A program made the translations under genes and the position numbers. Under the pieces are notes generated by a model that had not been told where the DNA came from, made no database searches, and was given only the letters and a program-made list of their open reading frames with translations. DNA of 64,000 nt. Origin: Klebsormidium nitens (taxonomy: Eukaryota > Plantae > Klebsormidiophyceae). The stretch is taken from assembly GCA_000708835.1 (NCBI GenBank), contig DF236960.1, forward strand, positions 90,982 through 154,981, given 5' to 3'. Shown here piece by piece: positions 22,727 through 35,000 of the stretch (positions are counted from its first letter, which is position 1; each line of letters opens with the position of its first letter).

Positions 22727-24700
22727 GCCGCCAGCTGTCAACTGCCCGGTAGAAGTCTCCGGTGAAGAGTGACTGGTGGAAGCGCCCGGTTTTTGGCCAG
22801 GGTGCAACGCGGGGTCATCTGGATGTGTTCGCTGTGCGAGTCGCCTGCATTTGTAAGAATACAGCGGAGAAAAACATCAGGTGATTCGTCTCTTCGTTTC
22901 GGTTGTGTTCTCTTTGCTTTCCCTGATTCAAGCTTCTAGGAAGCAGAGCTGAAACATCATGTTGGGACGCCAAGAGAGGGCGTTGGACCAGCACATGCAT
23001 TAAAAAGGAAAGAGTTGCGTCCTGGACTTTCTTGTTAGCGGAGGCGCAGCGACCAGAATGGCAACTCAAGTGAAAGACAGACAACAGACCTCTCAGCACA
23101 TTCATTCCTCTGGTGGCTACCAATGCCTGAGAACCCCCAAATATTGCAGTCCAGAATAATAATTCTGAAGGTCAGACCATGTGAACCAGCCAAGTTGGCC
23201 TAAGCCAGCTTCGACAAACCATACCTGGGAGCTGAAAGAAGAAGTGTGAGACAAAAGTAAGCCCTGACTGGACAAGACATTGCCTTGCCAGCCCCTGCCC
23301 TGCTGAACCAGAACTTCTGTGCGGAACAATCTTTGTTCAGTGGAGTCAGGCGCTATGCTGGTTCACGCATCCCTTACTAGCTGAGCTCGAAGTGTAGCAA
23401 TCAGCGTACTAGAGTGCTTTGTGGCACTCGATAATTCTCAAAGAAAAGTTGGTCATACATACTGTCTTGAACTTATTGTCACTCCAACGGCCCCTTCTCA
23501 ACCTGAACGCTATCACTGGGCCTTTCAGAGCTCCCCAGACCAGCCAAAAAGTAGAAGCGTGACAGAAGAGTGGTCAAAGGATCATATTGGAGCTGGAGCC
23601 ACCTTTCCTCTTTCCTTAGTCCACACTGGAAACCCCTGTTCGACGATAAAAGCAGCCAGAATCATGACGACCTCCTTCTGGCGGTTAGGCGCGCCTTCCT
23701 CTCATACCAGCTTACATGCTTTCCCCTCAAACCGACACCCTTTTGGCCTTGTCATTGTTGCCACTGGACTAAAACAAGACGTTACAATGTCTATGAAAAA
23801 GAATTGGCTGCAATCCAAAGCGTCGATGCAAAAACCCCTTTCACTAAGTCAGGTATATCTGTGGAAGTCAACATAGATGCATCTCTGAACGTTGACAGGC
23901 TACATTTGATGCTGGCGAGATACAAGTTGCACATCGACCCTACGCAAGCACAGCTCAAGTGATTGAACCCTCCCTCTTCAATGCCTCTACACCAACGCAC
24001 TTGCATCACGCGGAAAATGTAACGTGCATTTGAGGCTTCACAGCAAGCTGTGCCCTTTCTCTCCCTTTCCAGAATGGACCAACGAGAGAAGTGGTTTAGG
24101 AGCGCCAGGTGGAGATGGTTGATAACAAGCAAAATGGCCCCAACAATAAAAGTAACCAAGCCCTTCTCCGCAAGATAAGCTGGTCGATTGTTTCACACCA
24201 GATAGAAGCGCCCAGAAAACACGCCCTGGTCGCACCGTGTCCAACTGGAAAGTCGTCAAGCTCTGGAACAGGGTCCAATTGGACAGTAAGAGACTCCCAC
24301 ATACTCCAGGACACATTGCAGCTCAATGGGAATACTTGATGGTTATTTGAAGGTTCGAAGAGCACACGAACAGCGTCATACTTTTAAAACCCTCAAAACC
24401 CCGTCGCGTTAAACCCCCTCGAAAGCAGGCTCATTCGCTGTCTAGTTTCCGAATATCCACCCAAGCATCTGCATGCGAACCAAGCAGCTCCACCAGAAGC
24501 AACTATACAGCAGAGAGTTCATTCACCGCACAACAAAGCAAGATACATTATTAGAACAAGTCAGGTAACTCACCGTCGTACCTTCGACCACTCCACGTAT
24601 CACGAGCATATTTAAGGCTACTAGAACAGCTTCGCAGGCTCACAAAGGTGCTTTGCACACCCACCGCGAGTGTCCCTATTACCCCTTCTCTGTCCAACTG
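22727..24700 (-). other. Probable 5' UTR of the LRR gene with an intron (donor 24573, acceptor 22845)
   Basis: Pyrimidine-rich acceptor ...ttcttacaaatgcag at 22845 upstream of the ATG at 22726, and a consensus donor gtgagt at 24573-24568. No transcript evidence, and the 5' limit is approximate. Confidence 0.4.
23500..23960 (+). mobile_element. Highly decayed Ty3/gypsy-type RT-RNase H remnant
   Basis: Frameshifted plus-strand traces in canonical order: PDQPK(VEA).EEW (cf. PDPEKVKAI.EW), RRYNVYEKELAAI (cf. RNYS.YEKELLAI), RLHLMLARYKLHI (cf. RW.LLL.EY.FEI). No LTRs or intact ORF found. Confidence 0.5.
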
Positions 24701-25019
24701 CCTTGCTTTCCTAATGCTCCAGCTTCCTTCTCCTTGCATTCAATGCGGCATGCAATCGACGCCCCCGACATGGTTGTCAGGAGTGCGGTTGAGGGGATGA
24801 GCATCTTTCCTGACCTGGCAGTGGCAGCCACGCCCCCCATGATCCATCCTGCTTGACGATTAGAAGCAACCCCGTCCGAAAGTGCGCATCCATCTGATGG
24901 CAACCTGTGCCAGGCTTCGGCCGGCCAAAGAGACCGGTCCGCAGAATCTTCAAGCCGACGGTCCGCTCTAAATATCACGTGTCCGAAAGTGCATGCAGAC
25001 TTGCAACCACGTCGGCGTT

Positions 25020-25130
25020 GCAAACCGTCGAGGGTTGGCCGACGGGGCGGCCGGCCCCGCGTCACGCCAGGCCGGCCGCGCGTCGGACCAGGCCCGGCGA
25101 GCCACGCATGCAACCCGGCCAACCTCGATC
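25020..25130 (-). promoter_or_regulatory. CpG/GC-rich island, candidate promoter region of the LRR gene
   Basis: Very GC- and CpG-rich stretch between the DnaJ 3' end and the putative LRR 5' UTR exon. Positional inference only. Confidence 0.3.
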
Positions 25131-25745
25131 ACAATCGTCTTTTATGAGAAATCGATCTCTCATATTCAATACCCTTAAGCTATAGTCCGGCAACTGGCAA
25201 ATAAGCCATTAAAGTCAATGACGAAACTTCCATACGGATATGGAGAAACCGTTCAGACCTCATCATTCGTAAATATTAGGCTCCTAGAAACCCGGCCGCA
25301 AACTTGATCAGTACCTAAGGGAGGCGCCATTTTGAAGCGAAATGGCCTAAAGAAAAATGGAACTTACTGCAGAGCTGGCATGTGATGCACACGCACAATC
25401 GAGTGCATTGTACCCTTGCAATGATCGTATATATGCACGTACATGTTATACCATACATCGTAATCTTATAAGTGCACGATCATGTACAGTCATGCAGTGC
25501 ACACTTGCAATTCTTGATCCGGTGTGCACATGCCGTACCATATACAAATTCATGGCTTATCATATAGTGGGGCCTTCTGATGTGGAGTTTGATGACAAGT
25601 GCTCGAGTCCAATTGCAAGGACGCTGTGTTGAAGACCTTAAGTAGGCGCTAGCCAAATATCTTGTACATGAGTTGGACACATCATAAATTGGCAAGGGCA
25701 TGCGTCGGATCATATCTTCTTAACTACTTTATGTGCGCTTGGGGG

Positions 25746-28700
25746 CTAGTACGCTGCTTGCACTCGTCGAAGTTCGTCGCAGTAGGGCATCTTCATCTCC
25801 CGAGCTGCTTTCGTCTGCCCCCACCGGAACTGCTGTTGCTGCGCGACGCGCTCGTGGTAGCAACGCGTCTCCAGATGGTCCCTGCAACAACGTAAACAGC
25901 TACGGTTCTTAGTGGTATTCCTCGCAAGGTGGCCACAGCCATTGGTCCGTCCTGACAATGACTGTCTCTGACTTCTTAAAGCTTCTCGGACTTCTCTGAC
26001 TGTCTGACGAGGTCCTCTGTACTCGTAACGAGGGAGTAGAACGATCTGATCACCAGAGTTCGCTATCACAGAACCACGTTAGGCCGAATCGAGCCATCTG
26101 TAGAGACAGTGCAAGAATTGTTGTCGCCATTCTAGAAAGCAAAGCTGAACCCTTAAGAAAAGAGTCCAGTCCAAGCGCGGGCACCTTTGTAAGACGAAGT
26201 CCGGCTCTTATCGAAGCTAAGCTTCCGGTCCTGAGTCTGACACTCGTGCCGACACGTCAAAGAACGGGAACAGATTGCGCAAGGAAGGAACGTATCTAAT
26301 GAGCGGACAGATCGTCAGAGCAGATTTCACGTTAAGGTTTGGACGAAACAAGAGAGGTACGTGGTGCAAGCTTCGACGAATCCTCAAACTCAAACAAGAG
26401 GAGCGCTTTGCGGTTGCCAACACCCACAAAGGAAAATCTTAAAAGAGCAAAGGACGCAGGCAATGAAGGACGTGCTCAGTGACCATTCGAGCTGACACGG
26501 GAACCACCTGGCCCACCTGTAATCGTTCGTTACTTGTCGCTCGATCTTCGCCCGTGCTTGGCTGCCCGCCGGATACTCCCGCTCGAAGTCGGCTCCCTTG
26601 ACCCAGAAAGGAATGTCCAGATCGCTGAGGCAGTAGAAAGAAGCTCACAGTCAGCGGCGGACCAATGCTACTCATGTATGTTGCTGCATTTTGTCAAAGT
26701 GTGAGGGCAAGACCTGTGTTTATAAGCGATCCTAGACCTGCATTACCAGCCTGGTTGCACAGAGACACCGCATTTGAACTGAGGAGGCCATAACGACTGT
26801 ACGGAGCGTAGAAACTGCCGCCAGCCTGCGGTAAAAATGCGAGAGTACGCCCTCTTTTGCAATAGAACCCATTGTAAAAGGGCATGGATTGGGGCAGCGG
26901 CTGCAACACTTTCTTTCCAGCACACTTACGGTGACTGGTTACATTGTCAGTGCTTCAAAATAAGCACAAACTTGCAAAAGAAGCTGACTGCCGTGAAACC
27001 CAGATTACTGTCGGGGTGATCTTTTTCACAAACCCACAGGAAAGAAAGCAAGACTCGTCACACAAGCACCAAAAAAACTCTCTTCGAGAAGCCTCCTGGT
27101 ACCAGGAACACCACAAAAGATATATACAACTCACAGACTCGTACTTTTTGAAGAGCGCAGACCGAACCCCACAGAAGCTTGCTTTATAGCAGATGGTTGC
27201 CACAGACCACAACGGAAAAAGGGGCAAAAGCGAGAAGACAAAAAACTCGACCTTGCAAGCCTGTCTTTGACGTCCTTTCGCAAGAGGCCAGACAGCAGAA
27301 ACACTCCAAGAATGGGCACGAACACTCGACAGTGGCTAAAGCAAAGGTGCCAAATGGAAGGGACAGAACGGGAGCTTACCTTGTTCAAATCTCCTTGAGA
27401 AGACGGGCTTGCTGATTAACACTAACGCGCTCAGAAAGAAGGGCGCTGACGGGGAGGCAACGTAAAGAATGCCAATCTCAGAATGAAACACGGACCAGAT
27501 AAGGGAGGAAGAAACAAAGCCTACCTCGTCCGCATCTCCTTGACGTACTTCCCGTAGCGCGCCATGCTGTAGACGGGCTCGCTGGTGGGCATGAGCGCAT
27601 AGAGGAGGAAGGCGATGACCGGAAGAAGTTGCAGGAGCGCCAACAGCTGGTTGTTGTTCTGCGTGCCCTGTTGGGGCGGCGGCGCCGCGCGGTGCCGGTA
27701 CTGCTGCCCGCCGAAGTTGTAGCGGTACACCCGAGCTGAAGGGTCGGGAAAAAAGGTTAGCATGTTTAGAATATTGACTGCTACTTCAAAAAGGAAAAGA
27801 TACAAATCAATAGGTCTGAGGTGCAGCTCGTTATTTCTGTGCGTGCTCTAGGATAGCGGTGACGCTCGGTGCCGGAATAGCTGCCCACAGAGGATTCCCT
27901 GTTCCTGTTGATTTGAAGATCTTCAGAAGCCCTGTTCAGGCAGAAAGTAGACTCCGTTGTACAGACGAAATAGCTTAGATCCCAACTTTGGACGTTCATT
28001 CTCACCATTCGGAGCCATGCCGCCACCAAAAAAGAATGCGTTGAAGATATCGTTCGGGTCGAAGTCGTCGTAGCTGGGTCCGTGCGCCCGCCGCCGCTGG
28101 AACTGCTGCTGACGTAGCTGGTTCGGGTCTTCGTGGCCGTAGCGGTCGTAGTTTGCGCGCAAGTCCGCATCACTTAGGCACTGGAACGCTTTCGACACGG
28201 CTGCAAATAGGAGATTCGCATATCACTAGTTTTTTCCCGGTGCAATCAGCAACTTATGTGTTGAACAGAATAATTGATCTGGACTTCGTGGCCGTCAGTG
28301 TTGTGACTTGCGCACAGGTCCGGATCACTCGGGCACTGGAAACGCCTTAGACACACTGCAAACAGAATCTCCCATTCAGTGGTATTTTTCGCAGCAATCA
28401 GCGACTTATACGATGAAAAGCATGTTCAACTTGGGTCTTCGTGGCAGTCGCGGTTGTGGTTTGCGAACAGGTCGGGATCGCTCAAGCACTGGGATGTCTT
28501 CAATATGGCCGCAGAAGAAAACTGAAAAGTGGGAGTATAACACTTGAAACACCCTTAGAGTAGCCGCCGCTCGTAGACTGTCGGGATCGTAATAGGACCC
28601 GACATTGCGGAGACACTGGAAGACCTTTGACAAAGCTGCGGAGGAAAGCCGGAAAATTGGGGTCTTGATGAGTCAGGTGGAAGACGGAAAGAGATTCAAA

Positions 28701-31700
28701 GAAAGGCAGCACTGAGCACTTATTCAATGCTGAAAAGTGGTCAAACCGTACTGACTGTACGTGTTCCTCAACTCCAATCTTCTAAGGAGGCAGGTAGAAT
28801 TACGAAGTTTATGGGTAGTAATGATCCTGTAAAGCTGCAATATGCTTGCCACAAGGAAAGCAACGAACCCGTAATTTTGTCCAAAGAAACAAAAAAGTTT
28901 GAGCGAACGCGTAAAGAACGCTCCGGAGAAACCGCTCACAGCAAAGTTGGGAGAGTGACCGAATCAAAGGATTGAACGACCGTGCCAATCATGCGCCGCA
29001 GCAAATCGAGACCTTCTCCTTCAACTCTAACGTTGAACTCTCCTCAAGCTTTCCTGGAAATCTTCGTCTGCAAAGTTGATACTGCCAAGTCTTCTGAGAC
29101 TTGGCAGTATCCTCAATTCAAGCAATTGAAAGACATTGCAGACTTCCACAGCGTATCGTCTTCCTCAACGTTCAGGTGGCCACAGAGACGAGTATGCCCG
29201 CGTTTTCTCTGTAAGCACTCACCCTTGAAAGCTTCGTCAGCACCACGGGCTTTATTCTTGTCCGGATGGAGTTTCAAGGCTAGCTGCATAACATCCGAAG
29301 AGTGGTCATCAGGCGCGGCGCATGTTGTCTTGTCGTAGAGACAGCAACGAGGGCCAAGTCCAAGGTAAGAACACCTTAAAGGGTCTCCATTCCAAGGAGA
29401 CTATCGGACCGGAGCAGAGCAACTTTCGAACGTGAAAAACTTGCACAGTATCTGGAGGGTCAGGGATGTCAAGTAATAGAATGTAACGACAAAATACGGA
29501 ATCTTGATGAGAACCTGCAGTTGAGGACCCGACTGTCATTATATAGGACAAGGCTATGTGAGACTTTTGCAGGCGTTTTTTGAGCCGCCCAACAGGTATG
29601 CAAGCAAGAATTGCCTTTTGGATGAACATATCTGACGGTTGAACCGGAGTCTCGTCCGAGTGATGTTCTCAGACGAGCAACTGCTTCTTGCATAAGATGG
29701 TCACTAAATGGCCACCTCGACAAGTCGGCTCACCTTTCTGTAAGCTTTCTTGACGTCATCTTCTGTGCACTCCTTCGATACTTCCAGAATCTCGTAATAG
29801 TTTGTTGTGCGCTTGATTCGTGCAACCAATGATATCATCTCCGGCGTGGCTTGTGCCTGGAAGCGAAGCGTCATAGTGAGTAGCAATACAAAAAGCGCCG
29901 GGTCTAAGGGGAAGCTCGAAGTGAAGCGCGAGTAGCGATCAGCGCCAGTTTAGTTGCGCAGTGGCAGAATGAGCTATGTACTCGAACACGCTAGGAAAGA
30001 CTAGCGGACTCGGTCACAGAGTGTCCCGCAAACAAGGGTACAGTCGCGGAAATGGAATCAGTACTTAGACAAGGGAGGCAGCAACTAGGGGCAGCAAACG
30101 CAGACCAAACAAACAAATGACACCGTGAGCTCCGCCAAAAGCACGACAAATCGGATCAGCACCGGCAAGGGGGAGTAGTAACCTCGCCAGCGTGTATCTC
30201 AAAATTTCGTGGGTCCAACGGGACTGATGGGACCGACACCTTATAATGAAGGCCTAAGTTTGACAATCTTGCAAAACTACCATCAAACTCTGGGAGAGTT
30301 AAAGCGTCGAAAACAGCACGACTTTGGCCAGGACTACTAGGATGGGACCACCTAAAACCTCTATGTGCTGGGGGTAAGATAACAACAGAACCAGAAGACT
30401 TGCCAGAAGTAATTTCAGGAAGCTGCACATCCATCTCCACATCCAACAAACATCCCAGTCCAGATATTCGCTAGTGCTCCAGATCGCGCCAGAGAAGTCC
30501 TAAAACCACTTCACGAAATTGTGGCAATCACTTCATTCATAACCTCGGCAACTCAAAACAGAATCGATGACAACCGATCACTGAGTGGTTCCAACATCTG
30601 CACCAACCTTCCATCCCATCCTCTCACCTCTCTTTCCTCCTGCGCTGTCCTGTCCCCGCTAGCTGCGGTCCTTTGTCGCGTCGAGGGGCCCGCTGCATGC
30701 CCGTTCGCCTGCGGCCGTGATGCTGATCGGGTTTGAGGCCCAGTGCTACTGGACGGCCCTGCGCTCGCTCCATTCTCCGCTGCTTGCGATGCAGCCGCGA
30801 CCTTAAGGAGGAGGTCAGCAACCTAGAGGAAAGGATTGGACAGCGTAAGAAGAACTCAGACTAACAAGCAGATTGAAATTTGGAGTCAGCATCCTCATTA
30901 GCTACTTTGTTCGTGGGATACGTTGGACACGAAGGAGGCTGTCATTGCATGTTACACCCATTTGTTTGACATTCAACAGAACTTATTGAGAAGCAGAAGA
31001 TGTATCACTGGAGTCGGTGAATCGTAGAATTCACTAACGCATGATACCCCACCTGCAGAACATCCAGTTGCATCAGAGCGGTATCTTGAAATGTTGCCAT
31101 CCAGAGCACACATAGGTGTTTCTTTAGGGTTTCAGATCTGATTTGTGTTTACCGATAATAATCCACAACCGCTTAAGTGACTCACATAGATGGGGCTGAT
31201 ATTTTCTTTGTGGCACCGCATGATACACTGACCTCACAATTTGAAGGTAAAATCAAAAAGCTCAAAAGAAAAGCTGCTGCCATCAACGTTTTTCATGAAA
31301 GCTAACGCGAAAGCTAATGTTCCGTGAGTGAACGTCCTCATTACATTTCAATAAAGTCTAAAGCACCAGACAAGGATTGTGTTGAACAATCACTGCTGAC
31401 TGTCATATTCGCAAATGACATCGTAAAAGTAAGTTATTTTATTTGACTGAGAGCTAATCCACAAAATGGAGAATCTAGTGACGATATGGTGGCAACTTTT
31501 TGGCATGGCACGGACTTAAATCAACTAAAATGATTTGGAGGTAACAAAAACTATGTTGAAAGCTCATGAACAAGCTGCACAGTGTTCAGCCATCAACAAA
31601 CAAGCTCCGAAGATCCACAATTCAGTAGACTCAGAAAACCCTCCACAAGGAGCGCCGGACTGGAGCCTCCAGCTGCATCAGCTATAAATGTACCAATATT

Positions 31701-32008
31701 GCTTGTTTCATTACTGAGGCTCATGTAGGAAAGCAAACACTTCAGCGGTTGTGCTTGCTAAATCAAAACTGCACAACCTGCCCAAATTCTCCTGATCGAT
31801 GAAATTTGGCATGGAGCTACTCAATGTTTTCCTGAAAGTGTCACAGGAGGAGATCTGCAGCTGTCAAGAAGTAAACGCTTACTCTCTTCGACGGATAAAG
31901 CTTCTGCGCCTTCCCCAGAAACTTTAGCGCCTTATTAAAATCCCCTTTTCTAAATGCAGCTTCCCCAATGTCAGCACAGCGTTCCGCGTCATCCTTGTTG
32001 CCGTCCAT
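25746..32008 (-). CDS. DnaJ/Hsp40 protein, DNAJB12/DNAJB14 (plant DnaJ49-like) family: J domain + hydrophobic segment + DUF1977-type C-terminus (8 exons, 384 aa)
   Basis: Exons 31883-32008, 30628-30822, 29734-29856, 29223-29283, 28006-28200, 27525-27735, 26517-26624, 25746-25881. Total 1155 nt, phases concordant. N-terminus MDGNKDDAERC..IGE..F..GD..KALKFL.KAQKLYP; J domain [54 protein letters not shown] (HPD motif); DFDPNDIFNAFFFGG; hydrophobic LLQLLPVIAFLLYALM; tail IPFWVKGADFEREYP...IERQV..DY...LETRCYHE...CDEL. An acceptor at 32013 indicates a 5' UTR intron. Confidence 0.93.
28201..28650 (-). repeat. Three echoes of acceptor + 5' start of DnaJ exon 28006-28200
   Basis: Acceptor-equivalents at 28356, about 28510 and 28636. 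Translations VSKAF/QCPSDPDLCASHNTDGHEV, AILKTSQCLSDPDLFANHNRDCHEDP and ALSKVFQCLRN versus the real [26 protein letters not shown]. Confidence 0.85.
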
Positions 32009-35000
32009 CGCGCTGCAAAGGTGCCAAGAGGCTATCAAAATAGATCTATCACAGCAGGCGCAGACCCTGACGCCCTTGCGACCACCTCTGAGGAACTTCA
32101 CAAGCAAGCTTTTCGAGAGCTTTTCAGCCTGGCCAGTGCATCCCTCGATCGCAACCCACGTCTTGCTTGTACCCGGCGACAGAATAGACCCACCGTATAC
32201 CGTAGTCTGTCGCCCTTTCGGACTTTTTGTAGCTTGAGCAGCGAGAATTGCCACATCTGATTCTCAGCTCGCTGCTCAAGCCACGGAAGTGAATTCAGAA
32301 TTGGGATTTCCAACTTTTTCTGATTCAGAAGGCTGTGGAGGAGCTTCGTGGAGGAGCTAGAGCGAAAGATGGAGCTAGGTGGCATTTGTTTGCAGCTGAG
32401 ATGCTGTTTTGAAGTGTTCATCTGATGTCAGGGACCTCATTCGCCAGCTCTGTCAAATGGCTGCAATTGACATTGTGTTCCTAGGATTCGGACAGGCTTT
32501 CAACTAAACGATGGCAAAGGAAGTTGCCATCCAGAAGGCAGCTCGAGTAAACAAGGACTCTCCTTCTATGTGGCGGGCAATAAGGCGTAGAGGCCGAGTG
32601 CCAGGGCTGGAGCTTTAGGAAGACAGCTGGCGCCCAAGGATGCAGAATTACGTCTGTTGGAGTTGTGGCGGCATCTTCGAATCATGCTGGGGAAATTCAG
32701 CAGCTGACCTTGTCAGGTGAGGAATCGGCTTCAAGCAATTGCTTGAAACAGGTCTATGTGGCCACATGGCCATCAGCGGTCCTGTCAAAATCTTCAGCAC
32801 GGTGGCGTGTTGTATGCTGCAGCCTCAGGGTTTTGAGTTGTACTCCCAATTCGACGCGCGCATCGCCGCTTGTAAACTTGGCTGATGCAATCCTGGCATG
32901 GGGCAGGCATTGAAAAGCATGCGAATTGCTCTAAAGTATGTGTTCCCTTCCCTTCTAATGGTGGCAAAGATTGTGTTGCAGCATGGGACCATGGAAAGGC
33001 TTTTAAATCGTTCCTAGGGCAGATTTTTAGCTTGAATGTATGGTTTTTCTTATTCTCAAAGTAGCATGTGACTCGGATTTCCCGTTTCTTCGGATCAGCA
33101 CTAGCTGCTGAAACGCTCTTTCTCTATTCCTAAAGTCTATCATACCCGTTCCCTGGGAAGATGTGCCTTCTATCTTCCTAATGCTTCTCCCTATTTTTCA
33201 GGAGCCAGGTGAACATGGGATCTGTGGGTGTTTCGACTTAAGGAGCCCCTGGCCCACTGTGTATGGCCTTGTTGATGTCCGGTCGCTTCAGAGCTCCTGG
33301 GTCACTTCATACTTGTCGGTTTGGGTAAGTTCTATGTCAGATTTCCATGGGAAGATGTAACGAGGCTGTGACTCCGCATTCTGGAGGTCCTTGAAGCTTT
33401 GCTCTGCACTGGTTCTCATCTGGACCATTATGGCTTTTGAAAGTTGTCTGGTCTAAAGTGGACTTTCTTGGACTGATCATGCAGACCCCCCTCTGAGCAT
33501 CCGCGTTTAATCGCATACTCCGCGCAAACAGCCGTGCCTTTCTTGCCTGTCAAGACGTGGTTTCCCCGTCTTGAGTCTACCAAGCAGCGCCAGATTCGAA
33601 CCAAATGTCTGTTGCCATCAGAGTTCCAATGTGGCTTTGAAGTTTCAATTCTTATCTGATTAAGGATGAGCACTCTAGTTATGCCACAACGGGTCAGCAA
33701 GCGCTTACTTCTCAGATGCTGCTCCAACACACACATCGGCTGACGACACCCCTGACTAAGTGCTTTCGGAACGCATGCTCTTGGTAAGTGGTTTGTTTGT
33801 TCTGCTCAATGCAAACAAAGAAGCTGAGACCATGCAGAGAAGAGTGGCCTAACCTCTGTCAATCCTTCGATCCAGGAGCCGACTCATTGGTCCACCAGGT
33901 CGCAGCACCTGAGGAGTGCGCATCTCGTGAGAGCGAGCAAAGGCCGAGCATGAGGAGATTTACCCACCGTCTTCGTGACGCTGTAAGGTGCTTTTCACGT
34001 TTACCGCGTACTTTCAGTCTTCAGAGGAGCTGAGTTTGCACAACCTGTCGAATGTCGATCGCAGTTGAATTCATTGAGACGAATTCGAAGTGAGCATCTC
34101 TATGCACTGACTTGGTAGGTCGGCTCCGACTCACTTTAGAAGCATCCAACAATCGGCTCCAGTCTGCTTGTGTTCCTGCGTGAGTACTTGAAAAGCTGTT
34201 TCGATGAGCTGTGAGCTCCGATTAAGAGGCTGTTTGTGAAGCATTCAGGATTCAGAGCCGCCTGGATACCTTCTCAGTTGCACATCTACGGTGCTTTTTT
34301 CAATGATCTGCTTTGGCAGCATGTTGACTTTCTCGCAGCATCCTTTGCGACCTTCCTTTCTTGTGCCTGTTTTTGGTTGTCCAGCCCGTTCGGCCTTATG
34401 TTTCTGTTGCCCACTTCACGATTAGGCATGGGGACGCCAATTGTGGTTATCTCAGATCCTAACGTAATGACTTTATGCTCTTGAATCCTGTCCTTGCTGC
34501 TTTTGCCGCTTGAAAGAAGCAGCGGGGTCGTTGATGTTCAACAAAACGCGTCCTGGCTGCGTGCTGTTTGATGACGGTCTTCAAACATAGAATTCCCCGT
34601 ATACATTTCCACCATCGCACATTCCGCTGTATACATGTCCCCGATTCCCCGATTTGTCATGGTGTGGAGACCTGAACTTCATAGAGAGCATCCTTGCAAC
34701 ATCGTCTGCGAGCTCAAATGCAACTCCGAAGTCCAACGACGAAGGTCGTGTACCCGTATCCGGTTGAGAAGACCCATCTAAGCAGTTGTCGAGAGTCTTG
34801 AAGTCATTTGAATAAGCTGAAAGTCAATTTACGGATTTCGGCAAGGACGGTAAAATCTTCGAGCTGTATCAGCTCAACAACAGAACAGCGTCACCCGGAT
34901 GCCGCTGCTCAGGCTCTGCTTATTCATTGTTCAAAACACAGACAGAAACGGCGTTGTCTGTCTTCCTTTTCCAGACCTTCAGATTCTGCTCGAAGCCACC

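Noticed and set aside
27370-27415. Extra DnaJ mini-exon ending in a gtaagc donor
   Set aside because: Exons 27525-27735 and 26517-26624 join in phase and give a contiguous family-typical sequence without it.
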